Shown here: positions 54,917 to 64,000 of the stretch, piece by piece
Layout of the letters: each line of letters starts with the position of its first letter
How positions within the stretch are numbered: the stretch's first letter is position 1
Assembly (NCBI GenBank): GCA_951406725.2
Contig: OX597815.1
Location: forward strand, 38,440,001 to 38,504,000
Source: Octopus vulgaris
Lineage: Eukaryota
Direction of reading: 5' to 3'
DNA length: 64,000 nucleotides
The notes under the pieces: model-generated
The model's database searches: none
Told to the model about the DNA's origin: nothing
The model's input: only the letters and a program-made list of their open reading frames with translations
Made by a program: the position numbers and the translations under genes

Positions 54917-55158
54917 CTGTAGCATAAGAATTAAAATAACTTGTTTCTTTGATCTACTTGCCTCATACATTCCATCTACAGTCAAACGTATATACATATA
55001 TACGCACGCACACATGTATGCATATACGGATTGTATATGATTGTATATGCTGTGTGTGTACATGTAAGTATTTGTGCGTGTTAGTGCATATGTAAATATA
55101 TATATGTGTGTATGTATATATACATGTATTGTATATATATATATGTATGTGTGTGTAG

Positions 55159-55192
<34 letters not shown>

Positions 55193-55265
55193 GCATATAT
55201 ATATATGTATATATACATATATATGTATGCATGTATGTATATATATATATATATATATATTGTTA

Positions 55266-55425
<160 letters not shown>

Positions 55426-55708
55426 TATATGTATATATGTATTTGTACAACCGCTACCAATCCGGTGGAGATTCAGAGTCTCAACCCTACGTAGGAGAAT
55501 TGGTATAACCTTTAGAATGTCAAGTTCAAATCCAGTCGGCGTCATCTGTTATTTTTTCTCTACGGATACGATAAGTAGTAAACGAGACTCACTGTGAGTG
55601 TGTTATTTTTCAAGTCAGATCGACCTACGCCCTCTCTCTATCTCTCTTATATTACCTCCTTCTCTCACACTCTCTCCCTGTCTGTATATATGTTCGTATT
55701 AGTAAATA

Positions 55709-55748
<40 letters not shown>

Positions 55749-55780
55749 CATATATATATATATATATGTATGTATGTATG

Positions 55781-55826
<46 letters not shown>

Positions 55827-55897
55827 TGTATGTATGTATGTATGTATGTATGTATGTATGTATGTATGTATAAGGATGAAATGGAACACACGAGTTG

Positions 55898-56275
55898 ATA
55901 TATATGAAAAAACAAGTCAGGATAGAAAATGTTAAAATAATTTTATAAAGAACATTTCAGTACCGGTTTCAGTCATTGAAACCTTTTCATTTGTAACAAT
56001 TGAATAACTAAATTTAGAAAAATTAAAAGAAAAGTTGTGAATTCACAACGACCTCGAAGCCACAAGAGTAACCAAGAGAGACAGAGAAAGCAGAAACAAG
56101 GAAAATGCCACTTATATTTGAACACTATACAAATATTCTTCTAAAAAAACTTTTCTTTTAATTTTTCTAAAATTAATTATTTAATTGTTACAGTTGAAAA
56201 GGTTTCAATGACTGAAACCGGTACTGAAATGTTCTTTATAAAATTAGTTTAGCATTTTCTATCCTGAATTGTTTT

Positions 56276-56288
<13 letters not shown>
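55898..56288. repeat. ~140-bp inverted repeat, each arm carrying a degenerate hammerhead-like motif
   Basis: Arms 55898-56036 and 56148-56288; CAG-TTGAAAA-GGT ttcaatg ACT-GAA-ACCGGT-A-CTG at ~56191-56226. Confidence 0.85.
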
Positions 56289-56317
<29 letters not shown>

Positions 56318-56328
56318 TAATACGCACG

Positions 56329-56434
<106 letters not shown>

Positions 56435-56534
56435 TATATAGTTGAAATTTATAGAAAAACAAAAGATGACGACAGATGTATGAAATAAACAACAAGCAAA
56501 TGTATTACTTTGAAACTCGGGAAAAATTAAACAT

Positions 56535-56570
56535 CTTTTACGTTTCGAGCCTACGCTCTTCAACGGAAAG
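56535..56570 (-). ncRNA. Degenerate minimal hammerhead motif (Penelope-type)
   Basis: CTTT-CCGTTGA-A-GAGC gtag GCTC-GAA-ACGT-A-AAAG; stems intact, core mutated. Confidence 0.45.
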
Positions 56571-57027
56571 GTGTAAGAGAAAATAAACAGAGAGAGAAAA
56601 AGAGAGAGTCAAAGGCTATTGAAAAGGTTGCAAGACGCAACGAAAACTTTTTGAAAAAATAAATAAGTAAGCCATTGTAGAAGACACTTGCTGAAGTTGT
56701 AGCACTGAGGGACTGAACCCGAAACTAAGCATTTACAAACAAAGCTCTTTGACCACATAACCATAACGCTTGAGACAAAGGATCTGTCTCGGCTTGATTG
56801 ACGTACATCATAAATGCGTTGGCACCTGGATTGTACCATGGTGCACAAATAAAATCAAGAGATGTAAATATGATGTCATTGTATTTATTAATGGAACGTA
56901 CCTTTCATTTTTTCACCACAGTTTGATATTTAGCGATGTAAAGTGGAAACGTGTACAATAAAACATTCTAATGATGCACGTATGCTTGGTGCGTGCCTTA
57001 AGCGGAGTTGGGTCTGGAGTCGCATAT

Positions 57028-57132
57028 TCACCAGCTCTTCAGATTCTCTCTACCAACATTTTTCCAGCACACATTGACTGTCTTATGTTCAGACAGTACC
57101 TTTCCTCGCATCGATTCAGTCTCACTTGTTTT
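57028..57132 (-). CDS. Weak candidate terminal exon resembling 54795-54916
   Basis: ttaattgctag|KTSETESMRGKVLSEHKTVNVCWKNVGRENLKSW*; shares L.E...VN.CWK..G.E..K. Confidence 0.2.
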   Translation of the reverse strand, partial: KTSETESMRGKVLSEHKTVNVCWKNVGRENLKSW

Positions 57133-57183
57133 CTAGCAATTAAGCTTTAGCAACGGTCACACGCACAAATATAAATACACACA

Positions 57184-57216
<33 letters not shown>

Positions 57217-58608
57217 ATAGGCATACGTGCGTATGTGAGTGTGCCTAAGTGTACCCCTTGAATGTGTGTATGTGTGTGTATGCATGTGCGCTCGAGCATA
57301 TGTTTGTGTGCGCGTGAGTACGATGTATAAAGCACATTGAGTTGAAAACCAATCTAGACTCATGATGAAAGTCATTTAATCCGTGATTTATCCGTACTTC
57401 ACATAAGCATTATATTTCTAAGCTGACATTATCCATCTTGTCCCTCCTTCATCATGTCATTGTATTATAGTTTCTTGCACGCCAGTCCTCGGCATGTTGG
57501 TTCCCCTCGGTTAATTCATTAAATAACTTTCTCTCTTTTGTGCAATCAAGATTATTGGAAATAGTGTTTGCCATTTTACAGAAGATTTAGCGTATTTAGT
57601 AGTACATTATCCAAAGTGTCATTTCTTGGTAAGACGATAAAGAATTTAAGTAGATTTGACCGCTATTTCTAGTATATATAAACGACAGATTTAGTTTGTC
57701 TTCTACAAAATTAGGTTGTTATCTCTAAGTAAAGCGTGTTCTGTAACAGTATAACGGCTTATCTCAATTGTGAAACCGTTAACAATAAGTACACTGTTTC
57801 CTACGCATTTGAATCTCAAAGACTGAGATGCTCTAAGATTGTATTGCATTATCAGTTTCCAGATCGATATATTTTCCGTTAAAATGTTGCACATTTTTCT
57901 TCTGAAACAAACCAAGATACAGCGATTTATATGAAGAGTTAATATCAGGTGTTCATTATATCTTAATGTGTACGTGTATGTACGTTCGTACGGATGTATG
58001 TATGCATTTATGTATGTATGCATGTATGTATGTATGTATGTATGTATGTTTGTATGTATGTATGTATGTATGCATGTATGTATCTATGTATGTATGTGTG
58101 TATGTATGCACATGTGTGTGTGTGTGTGTGTGTGTATGGATGCAAGATCTGTTTTTGCGATTTAGTTTAGTAACTAGTACTGCTCGTTGTATGATGGATA
58201 AAGTCGAAAATATATTTTTTGCCAATGTGGATATCAGTTATTACGTGAGAGGCGAAAAAAAAGAAAACAAATTTACAATTTTTTTTTTGTTTTTTTTGTT
58301 TTTCAACTTTCATGGTGCTTATACAAAATAATGAAATGAACACACAATTTCAGACTCAAAATACGTAATAACTCAAGCTAAAATCAGCAAAACAAATTTT
58401 CTATTTGTGTCTGAAAGTAATTATGCTAACGTGTGGGTATATGTACATGTGAGAGAAACAACACAATCCCTTTTATCACCATCGCCGAGTTAAAGCATCG
58501 TTTCTGAAGGCACATTATATTTCCGTTTTATCGTTCGGTAACTTATTTCACTATCTCGCTCTCTCTCTCTCTCTCTCTCTCACTCCCTCTTTGTTACTGT
58601 CTATTTGT

Positions 58609-58671
<63 letters not shown>

Positions 58672-59460
58672 ACAACCACTCACACGCACACATTCTTTCT
58701 ATCTCTATATACCAATCTACATATTTATCAACCTATCTATCCTTTCTTATTTCTTTATGTTTACCACTTTTTTTTGCTTTCTCTGTCTAACAAGTCCACA
58801 AGATAACAATCCATATCTTTCTGTCAACTTGTTTTTCTCTATTTGCTTACACGTCTTTCAATGTCCGCATCCATTTATTTTTTTTTTGCCATTTTATCTT
58901 TTTACTTTTCTTCCTCCATCGTACCTATTCATCTGAAACATATCTATAGCTCTCTCTTCCTTCACCCTTCCCTAATTACTGTCTGTCTTCCTCTCAACCC
59001 ACTTCTACCCTTTCCTTCTCTCCCTTCCCTCTAGACACATCGAAGCCTTCATCTTATTTCATTTTGGGAATTGACCGTACAAGTCCAAAAGAACCACCAT
59101 CTTTCTTTTTGGCACAATACGTTTTACTCTAGTTGGTAAGTGAGAAGACATTATATGTATATAAACGACCTTCTGTATTATTTTTCTGTTTTCAATTACT
59201 GCCCTTGCCTACCTATTTATTTTGTTAGATATTTTTCCCGTTCTTCTCATTATTCGATTTGACCTGCTGTTCAGTTTACAGACGTTCATCTTTTCGTATA
59301 CTGCGAGTCTTATTTTTCAGAACCTATTGGTCTATCATATCTCTCCTTTTTACATCCCAACAGTGTATGCTACTGACATCGCCAAAGCATCCAGTGTCGT
59401 TGAATGGAGTTGAAATTTTAATGATATCTGATCAACAATCGATGTCTCCCTGTTACGTAC

Positions 59461-59504
59461 TTTCATTACTATGAAATAAGTAACCTGCAACTTCAACCAC
59501 TAAT
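59461..59504 (-). CDS. Candidate 44-nt internal exon
   Basis: Long polypyrimidine acceptor ...tttaatctcttcag|, donor AAA|gtacgt; reads LVVEVAGYLFHSNE and ends in phase 1, compatible with 54795-54916. Confidence 0.3.
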
Positions 59505-59561
59505 CTGAAGAGATTAAATCAAAAGTGTAAGACAGAACGAAGTACAGAAGAAAGGAATAGG

Positions 59562-59625
<64 letters not shown>

Positions 59626-60005
59626 GAGCTGATTGGAGTAAGGATTTGAAGCATGATCACATAATCTGCTAAAGATATAAGCTACATCTTTAACAACCAT
59701 ATCATCCCATCTTAAATTGAGGCAATATTAAACAATATAAAAACGATGTTGATTCATGATTGCAACACCTTTCACCAGAGCTTACTTTGTCTACAATTAA
59801 CATGGAGATGCACAACAATTAAATTTACTGGGAGCCGATGTCAATCAATTACTAGATCCGCTAGATATATCCAGCAAAATTATTTCAAACCACAAGCTAC
59901 AGTCATCAGATAGGAAAGAGAGAAAATAACACAACAGAAAATGTAATGGTATTTACAAAATAAGCGAGATATATGTATATATGTATATATATATGTATGT
60001 GTGTG

Positions 60006-60077
<72 letters not shown>

Positions 60078-60080
60078 TAA

Positions 60081-60128
<48 letters not shown>

Positions 60129-60205
60129 ATTCTTCTATTTACATAATATCGAGTTCTCTTTCTTTCTTTTGTTGTCTTACCATTTTTTCAATATATATAT
60201 ATATG

Positions 60206-60328
<123 letters not shown>

Positions 60329-60488
60329 GTATACACACAAACGCACAAACACACAAATACACATACACATATACATTATATATATATATATATAGTTTGA
60401 GAATGTGGAATCATCTGACAGATGGGTAGATGCTAAGCAGGAGATTGCCCGGAGTTGATGTTTCTGCTAATATTCAGAATAAATTTAT

Positions 60489-60645
<157 letters not shown>

Positions 60646-60986
60646 TTCTTAGTTATAATAACACTATAGTACTTTATTATTTCAGGAACAATATTTTAAT
60701 TGGTTTTCAGTCTGGAAACCTAACAGTATACATAACAATTGTAATTATGGTACCAATTTAAAATTACATGATATTACCGCGAGCGACAAAACTCTATTTT
60801 CAACATTACCCGTCATAGCACTCAGGTATTGAAAATGGTAGACTTTAAACACCGACGGCAAAACGAATAATAAATTTCCAAAGTTGTTGTGGGTGGACGT
60901 AAGAGTCGTAAGAGTAGAAATGGGAGGAATAGGATGAGAAAGATATAAATAAGCTGTATTAGAAGCAATTGAAATAGTTGCATTGA

Positions 60987-61090
60987 AGGTGGCAAGCTGG
61001 CAGACACGTTAGCACGCCGGGAAAAATGCTTAGCAGCATTTTGTCCGTCTTCACGTTCCGTGTTCAAATTCTGATAAGGTTAACTTTGCT
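60987..61090 (+). mobile_element. 5' part of a 4678-family SINE
   Basis: GGTGGCAAGCTGGCAGACACGTTAGCACGCCGGGAAAAATGCTTAGC...GTTCAAATTC. Confidence 0.8.
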
Positions 61091-61549
61091 AGCTTTGTGC
61101 CAAAAATTGGAACCAATATTAGCTGCATCAAATAGGAGAAAGCGTTGTAACAAGTACGAAGGACGAAGAGAGAATAATCCTCTAAAAGATAGCGTGACCA
61201 AGTAACCAACAATGGGTATATTCTTCAAGCTGATCACTAGCAAAATAAGAAACTTTCTTTGTTTTAGTCACGACAACTCCAGGTATTTGTCGATTATTGA
61301 GTGTAGTTATCTATGTATAATTGTAGACACAAGTGTGATTTGTTTGCCCTCATATAAGGATTGTACACACCTCTAGTACAAGATAAGATTGTGCATGAAT
61401 ACTCGTTGTTTGTGCATGTAGAGTAATATCAGGAAACTCTTCGGAATATTTACAAATAAGTACCAATAATCAATTTGATTTAGAAGGTTCGAGTCAGTTT
61501 CATTTATTTATTCTCGGACAAAACAAACAGAATTTATTAGCTTTTATGC

Positions 61550-62500
61550 AAATCTTATTGTTTACCTAACCCAGTTTATCTGTGATAATACGTATAGATG
61601 AAAACATATAACCAGGTTACAAGATATGTAAATTCCTATTATTTCACATTGAAGCTCTCTTGCTCAAAAGCTTTGGGTGAGAAACGCTGATCCATTTGGT
61701 AACTAACTTAAACAATAGCACACGACTTTTGTTTCCTGCTCCAGAGAACAATTTGAGCCTTTTTTCGTCCTTCTACTGGTTTGCTGCTTCTTTTGGAATG
61801 TTCTACCAGAATTCCTTATATTTAAAGCAATGGATACATTCCATTTCTACTAAAGATATGCACGATATCTTCAAGACTAACATGGAACAAATGACATTTT
61901 CTATTACAACGTGAATGTTTGGAGGTGTTCTAATCTATTCTGCTTATCAACTTTAGCAATCATTCATTATTGCTGAATTGTGATGATGTTTCTTTCAAGG
62001 TGGGATGTAATATATGTATCACAGGTGAATGTTGTTGGTATCTATTAACTTGCAGGGTATGTATCTTTCCCCAGAGTAAATACAGGGAGTTCTTCGCCTA
62101 TACTCAGTATGTTATAGCTTTTATTACTGGATACACATGTGGTACTCAAGACTCTGCCTTCATTGATTCAATGGATGTCGTCCGGGTGTACAATGTGGCT
62201 CAAAAGGCAATCTGGACTGAAATCATGCCTTTGATCACTAATGATGAGGAAATTACTAGTGGGGATCAACGTTTTCTAACATCGATGTTAAAGTTTCAAA
62301 TTTCTTGAAGTCCTATGAAAATTTCGTTGAGCACAGGCAGTTCAAGACGTCATGAGATATGATTTTAATTGAATGAAGAAACTTTCATTTTCATATCTTC
62401 TATTATCCTGATTGGGAGCACCTATATGAGCTTAATATATGCCATCTTTTAAAGTATCTTGGAGAGAGCACCCTGTCAATGACAGATTATACATTAAGCT
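61550..62500 (-). mobile_element. Possible very old RLE-LINE relic
   Basis: Minus translation NRKCHLFHVSLEDIVHIFS near 61850-61905 resembles the CCHC knuckle of Dong-like ORFs; boundaries are guessed. Confidence 0.3.
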
Positions 62501-62619
62501 TGCTAAAGTATCAGACATCATGAGAAAAAGAAGAGTTTATTTTGCTGGGCAATACTTGGGAAATAAAGAGGATCTGGTTAGTGACTCTCTACTTTAGACG
62601 CAGTGAAGTGGTTGTAATC

Positions 62620-63480
62620 GGGTTGGTCGTTGTGCAAAGACATGTGTCGATCATTAGACAAATATTATTGGATATAAGAGAGAGGAACACGTTGTGGAAG
62701 ATAGAGATGGGTGGTAAATCAGACTGATAAAGAAATATTTGTTACGGGTAGCTCAATGTATCGATTGCCTGATTTATAGACAAAAATGTGTGTAGTTGTG
62801 CACTATCATGGTGAAATCTGATTCGTTTTCATACTCGAATCTTGTTCGTCTTTTCCTCCTAATGTTTTTTTAAAAGTATTTTAGTGCCTCAATCAAGGCT
62901 CACTGTTCACAGTACAACTACGTTCCAGAATATCAAGGAGAGTGACGCCTTTGACACAGCCCTAAACAGACACCATGGTTTTCTCTGCCAATCACTGTCT
63001 CTTCAACGTTTTAGGCCTTAGAGAAGTTTGACGTCGTTCGATGGACTGTACCTTCGTTTCCAGATCATAAAAATACAACTAGGTTTAATTTCTCGTAACT
63101 ACATCTAGAAAAATGTATTTCCATTAGATTCAAAGCATCTTCATTAGCTTCAAAACCTTCCGCAATTATCTCCTTCAAAAGAGGTATCAACTGCCTGGTT
63201 AACCACTTTGCACAAACACTCTAATACTCAAAACCTTCCGCCGTCTTTGTAATACATTACAACCACTTGTCCAATTGTGCAACTAGCTCACGGATTGAAA
63301 TTTAGTTGCCAGGCATTCATTGGTGTCACTTGCTGGCGATTCCTTTCACAATTGATTGTTTCATTGCGTTGTTTGTCTTCGATGTTGTAGCTGTTCTATG
63401 ACGTCCGGTTGTTTAAGCCCAGTATCCAGTACTTTCAACAGATACGATAAAGAACAAGCTGGTAGATTAACTAATCTAGC
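62620..63480 (-). mobile_element. Decayed mariner transposon
   Basis: VCAKWLTRQL (WVPHEL motif), YDLETKVQS, KTMVSV...KGVTLLDILE...TVNSE, FHHDSAQLH; many stops. Confidence 0.75.
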
Positions 63481-63730
63481 AGAATGTGCAATTTGAACAA
63501 CTCACGTCAGTTAATACTGACACACTTTTGGATTGTTTTCGATAGAATCGTGGTACACATACACACACATACAATCATACACACACACACATACATCTTC
63601 ATTCTTTTACTTCTTTTAATCATTGGACTGTGTTCATTTTGTTCCATATACACCTGCATAAATTTATGTAGGCATCTATGTATGTATTTACCTGTAGGTT
63701 TATGTGTATGTATATACTCACAAACAAACA

Positions 63731-63769
<39 letters not shown>

Positions 63770-63789
63770 TATATATATAAATATATATT

Positions 63790-64000
63790 ATATATATAAA
63801 ATCCGTTCTGTCTGTGTGTGTGTCTTCTAGGATCTCGGGCATGCTCCATCTGATTGCACTCAAATATGTAGATACCGACGGTATCGGGGCGTGTATAAGT
63901 CTTGAAAAAATTACGAAAATTGATTCCAGGTGAGAATACTATCGATTACTGGTACTTTAAACTCTTCGGTTGCATATTTGTGTGAATAAAATCGTTTTTC
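63790..64000 (+). mobile_element. Probable 5' part of a non-autonomous Helitron, running off the window edge
   Basis: (TA)n-TATATAAAA followed by GTCTGTGTGTGTGTC, the same layout as 2803-2950; 3' end not visible. Confidence 0.4.

Overview
AT-rich eukaryotic genomic DNA saturated with microsatellites and transposable-element debris. The SINE families and simple-repeat load point to a coleoid cephalopod, probably Octopus (inference). I can identify no intact host gene; nearly all long ORFs in the track are simple-repeat artefacts or decayed TE ORFs. Main contents: (1) an apparently full-length but disrupted R4/Dong-type RLE retrotransposon (~5610-11100, minus) between (TAA)n tracts, plus a truncated relative next to it; (2) a second RLE family (46215-50060) sitting in (ATAC)n tracts; (3) a rosa-like DD40D Tc1/mariner element and three mariner relics; (4) non-autonomous Helitrons, CR1-like LINE ends, tRNA-derived SINEs (two with clear target-site duplications, TSDs), a bipartite RTE derivative and several MITEs. 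The most interesting signals are about nine hammerhead-ribozyme-like motifs, one of them a complete type I fold at the 3' end of a CR1-like LINE, and a pseudoknot at the 5' tip of the Dong element. There are also several fold-back rearrangements and a few weak candidate exons. All structures were read by eye, and the boundaries of decayed elements are approximate.
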